From: Octopus sinensis
Taxonomy: Eukaryota
DNA: 45,415 nucleotides
Reading direction: 5' to 3'
NCBI RefSeq assembly: GCF_006345805.1
Contig: NW_021834850.1
Coordinates: 1-45,415, forward strand
Shown here: one piece after another, positions 1-10,816 of the stretch
How the letters are laid out: each line of letters opens with the position of its first letter
How positions within the stretch are numbered: the stretch's first letter is position 1
Notes under the pieces: model-generated
What the model was told of the DNA's origin: nothing
Databases searched by the model: none
The model's input: only the letters and a program-made list of their open reading frames with translations
Position numbers and translations under genes: made by a program

Positions 1-203
1 ATATATATATATATATATATTATATATATGATGATACACATACATTATTTATATATATATATATATACATATATATATACACTACACTATGTATATATAT
101 ATACACACATACACTATGTATATATATATATACACATACACTATGTATATATATATATATACACACATACATATATATACATATACATATATATATATAT
201 ATT
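1..203. repeat. (AT)n/(ACAT)n compound microsatellite
   Basis: Direct reading; the poly-YI ORF at 28-210 is an artefact of it. Confidence 0.95.
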
Positions 204-511
204 CACTTAATTCCCTTGAAGTCAACATCTTCCACTAGATCTTGAGGTAAGATGTACAAATTCCCAAAATAACTCTAATTCTTCAAAGATCTCTTCTGCC
301 ATCAAATCTCTATGAAACTATTTCTTCTAGCCACATCGTTCCACGCCGTTCTGCCACTCACCAAATTGTTTCATGTTCATATCTTTGGAGTAACACCTCA
401 GAAATGCAAAATGCTCTGGAATTCTTATGGATAATCATAGGAACGGGTGTCTACTTAACAAGCTGAAATCCACTTAAAACCGTGTGTGTGTGTGTGTGTT
501 TGTGTGTGTAA

Positions 512-742
512 GGCGGCGAGCTGGCAGAAACGTTAGCACGCCGGGCGAAATGCTTAGGGGTATTTCGTCCGCTGCTGCGTTCTGAGTTCAAATTCCGCCG
601 AGGTCGACTTTGCCTTTCATCCTTACGGGGTCGATAAATTAAGTACCAGTTGCGCACTGAGGTCGATGGAATCGACTTAATCCGTTTGTCTGTCCTTGTT
701 TGTCCTCTCTGTGTTTAGCCCCCTGTGGGCAGTAAAGAGATA
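512..742 (+). mobile_element. tRNA-derived SINE family A, full length
   Basis: Head GGCGGCGAGCTGGCAGAAACGTTAG, B-box GAGTTCAAATTCC, central GCCTTTCATCCTTxCGGGGTCGATAAATTAAGTACCAG (recalled as Deu/Nin-domain-like, unverified), tail TAAAGAGATA. More than 30 copies or fragments in the window. Confidence 0.9.
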
Positions 743-744
743 GT

Positions 745-960
745 ATGTGTGTGTGTCTGTGTTTGTCCTCCCACCATCGCTTGACAAATGATGCTGGTGT
801 GTTTACATCCCCCTAACTTAGCGGTTTGGCAACAGGAACTGATAGAGTAAGTAAGTACTGGGCTTAACAGAGAATTAGTCCCGGGGTCGATTTGGTCGAC
901 GAAAGGTGATGCTCCAGCATGGCCGCAGTCAAATGACTGAAACAAATAAAAAATAAAAGA
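745..960 (+). mobile_element. SINE family B, 3' half
   Basis: Matches the 3' half of the copy at 41538-41978 (GCTCCAGCATGGCCGCAGTCAAATGACTGAAACAA). Confidence 0.85.
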
Positions 961-970
961 AAAAAAAGAA

Positions 971-1310
971 TTCTTTTTACTCTTTTACTTCTTTCAGTCA
1001 TTTTGACTGCGGCCAGGCTGGAGCACTGCTTTTAGTCAAAGAAATCAACCCCTGGACTCCTCTATCGGTCTCTTTTGACAAACTGCTAAGTTATGGGGAC
1101 GTAAACACACCAAAATGGGTTGTCACGTGATGGTGAAGGGACAAACACAAACACACAAATATATATACAGGCTTCTTTCAGTTTCCGTCTACCAAATCCA
1201 CTACACAAGACTTTGGTCGGCCTGAGGCTATGCCCAAGGTGCCACGCAGTGTGACTGAACCTGGAACCACGTGGTTGGAAAGCAAGCTTCTTACCACACA
1301 GCCATGCCTG
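971..1310 (-). mobile_element. SINE family B, near full length, tail-to-tail with the previous copy
   Basis: Reverse complement of the B consensus; head ends at CAGCCATGCCTG. Confidence 0.85.
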
Positions 1311-1593
1311 AAGGGCTTCTTTCAGTTTCCGTCAACCAAATCCACTCACAAGGCCTTGGTCAGCCCAAAACTATGGTTGAAGACACTTGCTCAAGGTGAG
1401 ATGCAGTGGAACTGAACCTGGAACCATTTGGTTGAGAAGCAAATTTTTTATTTCTTTATTGCCCACAAGGGGCTAAACATAGAGGGGACAAAGAAGGACA
1501 GACAAGGATTAAGTCGATTACATCGATCCCCCAGTGCGTAACTGGTACTTAATTTATTGAAGGGTTAAACTAGCCATATCCAAACCCAATATT

Positions 1594-2362
1594 CTTTTCT
1601 ACTCTAGGCACAAGGCCCAAAATTTTGGAGGAGAGGACCAGTCAATTAGATCGACCCCAGTACTCAACTGGTACTTAATTTATTGACCCAGAAAGGATAA
1701 AAGGCAAAATCAACCTCGGCGGGATTTGAACTCAGAACATAAAGACAGACGAAGTACTGCTAAGCATTTCGCCCAGCGTGCTAATGTTTCTTATTTCTTT
1801 ATTGCCCATAAGGGGCTAAACAAGGACAGACAAAGGGATTAAGTCAATTATACCAACCCCAGTGCATAACTGGTACTTAATTTATCGACCCCGAAAGGAT
1901 GAAAAGCAAAGTTGACCTCGGTGGAATTTGAACTCAGAACATAAAGACAGACGAAGTACTTCTAAGCATTTCGCCCAGCGTGCTAATGTTTCTTATTTCT
2001 TTATTGCCCACAAGGGGCTAAACAAGGACAGACAAAGGGATTAAGTCGATCGCATCGAACCCCAATGCATAACTGGTACTTAATTTATCGACCCCGAAAG
2101 GATGAAAAGCAAAGTTGACCTTGGCGGGATTTGAACTCAGAACATAAAGACAGACAAAGTACTGCTAAGCATTTCGCCCAGCGTGCTAATGTTTCTTATT
2201 TCTTTATTGCCCACAAGGGGCTAAACAAAGGGATTAAGTCGATCACATCGACCCCCAGTGCATAACTGGTACTTAATTTATCGACCCCGAAAGGATGAAA
2301 AGCAAAGGTGACCTCGCGGAATTTGAACTCAGAACGTAACAGCAGCAGACGAAATACCGCTA
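1594..2362 (-). mobile_element. Head-to-tail array of 4 SINE-A units, period ~201 bp (junction type 2)
   Basis: Junction GCGTGCTAATGTTTCTTATTTCTTTATTG recurs near 1788, 1989 and 2191. Confidence 0.85.
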
Positions 2363-2530
2363 CACACACACACACAGACACTCAGACACACACATACATA
2401 CAATCACACACAGTGTATATGAGCACATACACGTGAAGCCTTTCCAACACAGTGCCTACACAAACTATGTTACGAATTCCACACTTGTATTAACTTACAG
2501 TTGTATAGTCATGGTGCTAAATCTCTTTAC

Positions 2531-2591
2531 CTCTGTTCTTCCTTTCAATGTTGCCATAAGTGAGACATTATCTCTACCTTGGGTGTTCCTC
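2531..2591 (-). CDS. Weak candidate internal exon (xRNTQGRDNVSLMATLKGRTE)
   Basis: Acceptor ctctgtttcaag, donor GAG|GTAAAG, one open frame; no homology recognised. Confidence 0.2.
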
Positions 2592-2723
2592 CTTGAAACA
2601 GAGTAAACTAAGATCACACACACACACACACACACAAAGTACAGTGCACTTTATCTACAAAATAACAGGTTTAACAGAAAAGCCGATATAAATACACACA
2701 AATATTTATAATGTATATATAAA

Positions 2724-3050
2724 CATAAGCACAGACACGGTTGTGCAAGTTAAGAAGCATGCTTCCTAAACACAAGGTTCCGGGTTCAGTCCCACTGCGT
2801 GGCACCTTGAGTAAGTAAGTGTTCTACTATAACCTCTTATTTCTTTACTACCCACAAGGGGCTAAACATAGAGGGGACAAACAAGGACAGACAAGGGGAT
2901 TAAGTCAATTACATCGACCCCAGTGCGTAACTGGTACTTTATTTATCGATCCCGAAAGGATGAAAGGCAAAGTCGACCTCGGATAACCCCTGACCCTACG
3001 AAAGCCCTCTAAATGGATTTGGTAGTCAGAAACTGAAAGAAGCTTGTAAT
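2724..3050 (+). mobile_element. Degenerate SINE-B 5' half interrupted by a minus-strand, 5'-truncated SINE-A (~2837-2982)
   Basis: B head GGTTCCGGGTTCAGTCCCACTGCGTGGCACC stops at ~2835 and resumes at ~2985. Confidence 0.7.
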
Positions 3051-3240
3051 ACTCACTCTCTCTTGCTCTGTAACATATGGTATAAATTATAAACAGGGCA
3101 AATTTTTAGCCATTTCTCTTTTGATGAACCGCTAAGTTATGGGGACATAAACACACCAAGATGGTGGGTGGGAGGGGACAAACACAGACACAAACACACA
3201 AATATATATACAGGCTTCTGAATATATATATATAATATAT

Positions 3241-3510
3241 ACAGCCGACTGAAAAAACTAAGAACACCTTAATCGATTTTTGAACCTTATCGGGTTCTCA
3301 TCAGAGGTGTCCACAACACTCTGACAGTCTCAAAAGAAACAAGCAGCCAAAATGTTTATATACTCAACAAATGCAGCAGTTACTCTCTGAAGGGGTCCCT
3401 AATTTGCATACTGAAAGTTTTTAACACTCAATAAATGCCAGGGTCCTGTCAACGGGGATCTTCGTCCTCAGAGTATCAAGGTATGATATATTAAAAATGT
3501 AACATTTTTT
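3241..3510 (-). mobile_element. Penelope-like pseudo-LTR fragment carrying a minimal hammerhead motif
   Basis: Minus strand has a TATATAAA box followed by GGACACCT-CTGATGA-GAACC cgataa GGTTC-AAAA-ATCGATTA-AGGTGTTC. Confidence 0.6.
3262..3312 (-). ncRNA. Minimal type I hammerhead ribozyme motif, probably inactivated (G12 to A)
   Basis: 8-bp stem I, CUGAUGA core, 5-bp stem II, palindromic stem III AAUCGAUU, UUA cleavage triplet; AAAA replaces GAAA. Confidence 0.6.
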
Positions 3511-3519
3511 TAAAAATTT

Positions 3520-3903
3520 CTTTTACTTGTTGCAGTCATTTGACTGTGGCCATGCTGGAGCACCACCTTTAGTCGAGCAAATCGACCCCGGGACTTATTC
3601 TTTGTAAGCACAGTACTTATTCTATCGGTCTGTTTTGCCAAACCGCTAAGTGACGAGGACGTAAACATACCAGCATCGGTTGTCAAGCAATGCTAGGGGG
3701 ACAAACACATGCACACACACATATATATATACATATATACGACGGGCTTCTTTCAGTTTCCATCTACCAAATCTACCCACAAGGCTTTGGTCGGCCCAGG
3801 GCTATAGCAGAAGACACTTGCTCGAGGTGCCACACAGTGGGACTGAACCCGGAACTATGTGGCTGGTTAGCAAGCTACTTACCACACAGCCACTCCTGTG
3901 CCT
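3520..3903 (-). mobile_element. SINE family B, full length
   Basis: Complete consensus with internal (CA/TA)n. Confidence 0.9.
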
Positions 3904-4338
3904 ATGGTATAATTATAAACAGGGCAAACATAGACACACAAACATACACACACACACACACCCACACATATATACACAGTATGCTTGCACACAGTTTCCG
4001 TCTACTAAAACCTGTAACAAGGTACTGGTTAGCCGAGGGCTATAATGGAAGATACTTGCCCAAGGTGCTGTGCAGTGGGACTGAAACTGAAACCACAGGC
4101 TTGCAAAGTGAGTTTCTCAACCACAGAGCTATGGCAGCACTTAATACTAGCTTCCACCTTCGGTGTGTGTGTGTGTATGTATGTGTGCAGTGAAATCAGT
4201 GTGTATATGTATCAGTATAAATGCATGAATATCTATGCCAGTGTGTGCCCCTGTGTATGTATGTGTGTAAGCATGTGTATGAGTGTGTGTGTGTGTGTGT
4301 GAGCACGTGTGTGTGTGTATAAGTATGCATGTACGTAC

Positions 4339-4401
4339 ATGTTATGTGTCACTGGAGTAGGGTATGCGAAGGTTTTTATTTTCATATACGTTTCTTGACA
4401 T
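4339..4401 (-). CDS. Weak candidate internal exon (xCQETYMKIKTFAYPTPVTHNx)
   Basis: Acceptor gttttgttttcgtatag, donor CAT|GTACGT, 63 bp, one open frame; phase compatible with 2531-2591. Confidence 0.22.
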
Positions 4402-5241
4402 CTATACGAAAACAAAACACCCTCTTAGTCATACCCTGAAAGGCATACACAAAAGAACACACACACACACACACATACACAAACACACAGACACACTTTC
4501 TCTCTTTTACTTCGCTGTCATCATCATTTTATATCCACTTTCCATGCGACCATGGGCTGAACAGGTTATCACCATCTGAGTCAGTTTTCATTTGGAGTTC
4601 ATGCCTAACTGACTTCATAAGTCAAAAGACTGTGTTAGTTTCAATTAATAATCGGTGGTGCCCCAGCATGGCCGTGGCCTTTGGGCTAAAACATTTTAAA
4701 GGATTTTAAGGATTTAAGCTCCAAAGGTGTGGCCGTGTGGTTAAGAAGTTTATTTCTCAGTGCTACGGTCTGAGGTTCACTTCCTCTGCATGGCACTATA
4801 TGCAATGCTGCCACTCCTGCTACACAAAGCCTTCTAAGTGGAATAATATATCGATAAAGGGTTGTGAACTGGCAAAAGTACAAGAGCAAGGGGCCAATAC
4901 TGACCCCCTGAAGACTATGTGATTATCCAAGGGATAAATACACACCTGAAGAGATTTTGCTCTGAGTTCAAATCAAGGTCAACTTTACTGTTCATTCATT
5001 CAGGGGTCAATAACACGAAGCACCAGTCCAGTGCAAGAGATCCGACATCATCATCATCATCATCACCGTCATCATCGCCACCACCATCACCATCACCACC
5101 ACCAAAATCATCATCATCATCATCATCATCACCACTACCACCAAAATCATCATCATCATCATCATCATCATAATCACCATCATCACCAACACCATCACCA
5201 CCATCATGATTATGAACCCCTGAACATTGCTGTCCCAAGTC

Positions 5242-6147
5242 TTAACTCTTTAGCATTTAAACTGGCCATATCTGGTCTAAATATTCTATGTGCTTTATGA
5301 TCAACCCAGCCAGATCCACCTTCTCACACCTACCCTACAATGTCATTCCAAAAACAATCACGACTTTGAGATCGCAAAGCTATGAGATAATGCAGGATTG
5401 ATTCAAAACAATGTGGATAAATAAGTATTACATTCGATAGGATGTAATACTTATTTACTCAGTGGCTAGAGCGTCGAGCTTACAATCGTGAGGTTGTGAG
5501 TTCGAATTCTGGACCGGGCTGCATGTTGTGTTCTTGAGCAAGACTTTATATCACGTTGCTCCAGTTCACTCAGCTGTAGAAATGAGTTGTGAAATCACAG
5601 GTGCCAAGCTGTATTATTGGCCCCTTTGCCTTTCCCTTGGATAACATCAGTGGCATGGAGAAGGGAGGTATATATGCATGGGCGACTGCTAGCCTTCCAT
5701 AAATAACCTTGCCCGGACTTGTGCCTGGAAGGGTTACTTTCTAGGTGCAATCCCATGGTCAGTCATGACCGAAGTGGGTCTCAGCATATATATATATATA
5801 GATTGTGAGTTTGTGAGGTTGTGAGTTCGAATCCTGGACTGGGCTGCGTGTTGTGTTCTTGAGCAAGACATTTTATTTCACGGTGCTCCTGTTCACTCAG
5901 CTGTAAAAATGTGTTGCGACATCACAGGTGTCAAGCTGTATCGGCCCCTTTGCCTTTCCCTTGGATAACATCAGTGGTATGGAAAGGAGGGGAGGCTGGT
6001 ATGCATGGGCGACTGCTGGTCTTCCATAAGCAACCATGCCAGGACTTGTGCCTGGGAGGGTAACTTTCTAGATTGCAATCCCATGGTCATTCATGACCGA
6101 AGGGGGATCAACATTCGATAGAGTATTCTGAATGCTGAAGGGTTTAA
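5242..6147 (+). mobile_element. piggyBac-type MITE (family K) interrupted by a SINE-C dimer
   Basis: TTAA-CTCTTTAGCATT ... AATGCTGAAGGG-T-TTAA ends; insert flanked by ACATTCGATAG at 5430-5440 and 6111-6121. Confidence 0.75.
5458..6108 (+). mobile_element. Two head-to-tail SINE family C copies (5458-5782, 5801-6108)
   Basis: A-box CAGTGGCTAGAGCG, B-box GAGTTCGAAT, CORE-like CTTGAGCAAGAC...CAGCTGTAGAAATGAG. Confidence 0.85.
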
Positions 6148-6174
6148 ACTAGCCATATCCAAACCAAATATTCT

Positions 6175-7000
6175 TTTCTACTCTAGGCACAAGGCCCAAA
6201 ATTTTTGGGGAGGGGACCAGTCAATTATATCGACCCCAGCACACAACTGGTACTTAATTTATTGACTCTGAAAGGATAAAAAGGCAAAGTCAACCTCGGT
6301 GGGATTTGAACTCAGAACATCGGGACCCCCTTCAGTCATGACACTAACCATGAGATTGCACCTAGAAAGTTACCCTCCCAGGCACAAGTCTGGGCAAAGT
6401 TGTTTATGGAAGACCAGCAGTCGCCCATGCATACCGGCCTCCCCTCTCCACGCCTTCAGTGTTGTCCAAGGGAAAGGCAAAGGGGCCGATACAGCTTGGC
6501 ACCTGTGATGTCACAACTCATTTCTACAGCTGAGTTAACTGGAGCAACGTGAAATAAAGTGTCTTGCTCAACAACACAACATGCAGCCCAGTCCGGGATT
6601 CGAACTCACAACCTCACGATCGTAAGCTCGATGCTCTAACCACTGAGCCACGTGCCTTCACAACTCAGAACATAAAGACAGACAAAATACCGCTAAGCAT
6701 TTCGCCCAGCGTGCTAATGTTTCTTATTTCTTTATTGCCCACAAGGGGCTAAACATAGAGGGGACAGACAAAGATAGACAAAGGGATTAAGTCGATTATA
6801 TCAACCCCAGTGCATAACTGGTACTTATTTAATCGACCCCCCCAAAAGGATGAAAGGCAAAGTCGACTTTGGCGGAATTTGAACTCAGAACATAGCGGCT
6901 GACGAAATACCGCTAAGCATTTCGCTCGGCATGCTAACATTCCTACCATCTCGCTGCCTTCATTAGTGGCGTGCTAATGTTTCTGCCAGCTCGCCGCCTC
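6175..7000 (-). mobile_element. SINE-A dimer (two tail subfamilies) inserted into a second K MITE
   Basis: TSD CCAAATATTCT at 6164-6174 and 7006-7016; the K body resumes after 7016. Confidence 0.75.
6321..6661 (-). mobile_element. SINE family C inserted in SINE-A
   Basis: 12-bp TSD AACTCAGAACAT at 6309-6320 and 6662-6673. Confidence 0.9.
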
Positions 7001-7239
7001 CCAATCCAAATATTCTACCCATCCTATGTTCAGACCAGCTAGATCTAGCCTCTCACAACCGCATCATCAAAATCCCAAAGCTATGAGGTAATGCAGGATT
7101 CATTCCAAACAATGTAGAGAAATAAGTATTACATTCGACAGAGTAATCTGATTGCTAAACCAACCACATCCAGCGCAGATATTCTGCCTGGTTTATCTTC
7201 AAACAGGTCAGATACGGCAGCACCCACCTACACTACAAT

Positions 7240-7488
7240 CCTTCCTTTTCCTTTTATCCTTTTACTTGTTTCAGTCATTTGACTGCGGCCATGCTGGAGC
7301 ATTTAGTCTGCGGCCTTTAGTCGAGCAAATCGACCCCCGGGACTTATTCTTTGTAAGCCCAGTACTTATTCTATCGGTCTCTTTTGTCGAACCGCTAAGT
7401 GACGGGGACGTAAACACACCAGCATCGGTTGTCAAGCAATGCTAGGGGAACAACACAGACATACAAACACACATACACACATACATAT

Positions 7489-7536
<48 letters not shown>

Positions 7537-7660
7537 AGCCGAAATTGCGAAGATGATCCGGTTCTTGACTGATGATTGAGGGCTTCGAATGTCCCATCCA
7601 TGTTTTTTGTATCGTCTTCTAAATGTTTCACGTTCTTGTCCTGTTTGTATATTTTTTTAC

Positions 7661-7703
<43 letters not shown>

Positions 7704-7879
7704 CATATATACGACAGGCTTCTTTCAGTTTCCGTCTACCAAATCCACTCACAAGGCATTGGTCGGCCCGGGGCCATAGCAGAAGACACTTGCCCAAGAT
7801 GCCTGCCACGCAGTGGGACTGAACCCGGAACCACGTGGTTGGTTAGCAAGCTGCTTACCACACAGCCACTCCCTGCGCC
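7240..7879 (-). mobile_element. SINE family B, full length, with a ~110-bp foreign insert in its (TA)n tract; itself inside a third K MITE
   Basis: B consensus on both sides of 7533-7645; K sequence ...CTACAAT before and GTCATTCTAAAA after. Confidence 0.8.
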
Positions 7880-8130
7880 TGTCATTCTAAAAATATACAA
7901 TCACACCATGAAGATCTCAAAGCTATGAGACGACGATGCATGATTAATTCAGAATAACATCTATAAACAAGTAAAGCATGTGACAGGTTAATCTGAATGC
8001 TAAAAGAATATACAGTTGACTTTATAACATTCAAACTGGCCAAACTCCATCCCTACATATTTTTTTTTCCCCTCTCTGGTAGGAGGCACAAGCACTTATA
8101 CACACACGTACACACACGGGGATAACTTCT

Positions 8131-8918
8131 TGTTTCTTTATTGCCCACAAGGGGCTAAACATAGAGAGGACAAACAAGGACAGACATAGGTATTAAGTCG
8201 ATTACATCGACCTCCAGTATGTAACTGGTACTTATGTAAGTGACCCCGACGGGATGAAACGGAAAGTCGACCTCGGCGGAATTTGAACTCAGAACGTAAC
8301 AGCAGACGAAATACCTATTTCTTTATTACCCACAAGGGGCAAAACACAGAGGGGGACAAACAAGGACAGACAAAGGAATTAAGTCGATTACATCGACCCC
8401 AGTGCGTAACTGGTACTTATGTAAGTGACCCTGAAAGGATGAAAGGGAAAGTTGACCCCGGTGGAATTTGAACTCAGAACGTAACAGCAGACGAAATACC
8501 TATTTCTTTATTGCCCACAAGGGGCTAAACACAGAGGGGACAAACAAGGACAGACAAAGGAATTAAGTCGATTACATCGACCCCAGTGCGTAACTGGTAC
8601 TTATGTAAGTGACCCTGAAAGGATGAAAGGGAAAGTCGACCTCGGCGGAATTTGAACTCAGAACGTAACAGCAGACGAAATACCTATTTCTTTATTACCA
8701 TCATGGGGCTAAACACAGAAGGGACAAACAAGGACAGACAAAGGGATTAAGTCGATTACATCGACCCCAGTGCGTAACTGGTACTTAATTTATCGACCCC
8801 GAAAGGATGAAAGGCAAAGTCGACCTCGGCGGAATTTGAACTCAGAATGTAACGGCAGACGAAATACCACTAAACATTTCGCCCGGTGTGCTAACGTTTC
8901 TGCTAACTCGCCGCCTTG
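8131..8918 (-). mobile_element. SINE-A tetramer (junction type 1) inside a single TSD
   Basis: Junction GACGAAATACCTATTTCTTT three times; full head at ~8918; GGGATAACTTCT at 8119-8130 and 8923-8934. Confidence 0.9.
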
Positions 8919-9162
8919 AACAGGGATAACTTCTGCCTACCAGATTCAATCACGAGGCTTCAGTTGGCCTGAGGCTATAGTAGAAGACACTTGCCCATGG
9001 TGTCATGCAGTGGGACTGAACCTGGAACCATGTGGATAGAAAGCAAGCATTTTAACCACACAACCATGCCTGCGCCTACTTCTTGTTTTATAATTAAATC
9101 AGCCATATCAGGCCTCTCGTGCCAACCATACAATGTCGTTCTAAAAAATAAATAATCCCATC

Positions 9163-9640
9163 AATCAAATCAAATCAAACCAAATCAAATCAGATATCAG
9201 AAAGCAGAACCAAAATCGAAGTCGATCAACATCGATGGAAATTGCGGCCGTGATACTAGTGCCGGTGACAAGTAAGCGAACCATCCGATCGTGGCTGTTG
9301 CCAACGCCGCCCCGACTGGCCTCCATGCCGGTGACACGTAAAAAGTACCATCCATTCGTGGCCATTGCTAGCCTCGCCTGGCCCCCGTGCCGGTGGCACG
9401 TAAAAAGCACCATCCGTCCGTGGCTGTTTGTCAGCTCTGTCTGGCACCTGTGCGGGTGGCACGTAAAAAGCACCCACTACACTCACGGAGTGGTTGGCGT
9501 TAGGAAGGGCATCCAGCCGTAGAAACACTGCCAGATCAGACTGGGCCTGATGCAGCCTTCTGGCTTCACAGACCCCAGTTGAACCGTCCAACCCATGCTA
9601 GCATGGAAAGCGGACGCTAAACGATGATGATGATGATGAT
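9163..9640 (+). mobile_element. SINE family D with RTE-like 3' tail and ~65-bp internal repeats
   Basis: Four GCCGGTG(G/A)CA(C)GTAA modules; tail GGAAGGGCATCCAGCCGTAGAAAC...GGAAAGCGGACGCTAAAC(GAT)n; sits inside a K-family MITE (~9095-9730). Confidence 0.75.
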
Positions 9641-9843
9641 AGAAATCTTAAAGCCAAGAGATAATGCATGATTAATTCAAAACAACGTGAATAAGCTCCA
9701 TATTTGAGAGAGTAATCTGAATGCTCAAAGCTACAAGATTATGTATGGCTAATTCAAAACAATATGAATAAATAAGCATCACGTATGGCCAAAGGCCATG
9801 TCTAGCCCAAATAGTCGGTCAGAGTGATCTGACCGCTAAAGGA

Positions 9844-10072
9844 TTAACCCTTTCGTTACCAACCCAGCTGAAACCGGCTCTGGCTCTGTAGTACAAATGT
9901 CTTGTTTTCATAAGTTCTGAATTAAAATCTTCCACCAAAACTTAGTCACAATTTATGTTCCTAATACTAGCTGAATGATAACTAAGTTATTTTACTAAAT
10001 TCTTTTTTACATTTAGGGTACTTCAAAGAAACACAGGGCATCTCAAAATAAATGCGGAAACGAAAGGGTTAA
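9844..10072. mobile_element. piggyBac-type MITE (221 bp between TTAA sites)
   Basis: TTAA-CCCTTTCGTT ... AACGAAAGGG-TTAA: perfect 10-bp TIR and TTAA TSD. Confidence 0.85.
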
Positions 10073-10477
10073 GGCTCATAGGATCACACACTGGGTTTTC
10101 TTAGTGTATAAATGGCTGAGATAACATTATTCCCCCAGAATGAAATGGTTACTCACCTACAGTCTAGTGGGCTCTGGAGCAATGTGAAATGGAGTGCTTT
10201 GCTCAAGAACACAACACACCGCCCAGTTCAAGAGTTATAACCACAATCATGTGATCCAAGATTGCAACACTCTAACTACAAGGCCATTCACCTTCACTCA
10301 AGTGGACTTAAAGAAGTTCATCATAAACACACACACACACACGTGGATCATGTTCTACTTAGAAGTAAAGCATATTGCCTGAATTTTCCGACTTAAATTA
10401 AATAGAACAAACCACTCCAAATTCTTGTAAGAGTATCCATGTGAATGGAGTAAGAAATAGTTAGCTTGTTCTGGCAT

Positions 10478-10803
10478 GGGAAGGAAGCACTCCGTTGGTT
10501 ACGACGACGAGTGTTCCGGTTGATCCGAATCAACGGAACAGCCTGCTCGTGAAATTAACGTGTAAGTGGCTGAGCACTCCACAGACACGTGTACCCCTTA
10601 ACGTAGTTCTCGGGGATATTCAGCGTGACACAGAGAGTGACAAGGCCGGCCCTTTGAAATACAGGTACAACAGAAACAGGAAGTAAGAGTGAGAGAAAGT
10701 TGTGGTGAAAGAGTACAGCAGGGATCACCACCATCCCTGCCGGAGCCTCGTGGAGCTTTTAGGTGTTTTCACTCAATAAACACTCACAACGCCCGGTCTG
10801 AGG
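10478..10803 (-). mobile_element. 5'-truncated SINE-like retroposon (family F)
   Basis: Flanked by direct repeat TGTTCTGGCAT at 10467-10477 and 10804-10814; GC-richer than the flanks; SINE assignment rests on recall. Confidence 0.65.
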
Positions 10804-10816
10804 TGTTCTGGCATAC

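Noticed and set aside
208-450. Coding-like unique stretch on the minus strand
   Set aside because: Short open frames interrupted by stops; not assignable to a gene or transposon family from sequence alone.
7567-7600. CTGATGA...CGAA as a third hammerhead
   Set aside because: No stem II, no GAAA and no stem I complement.
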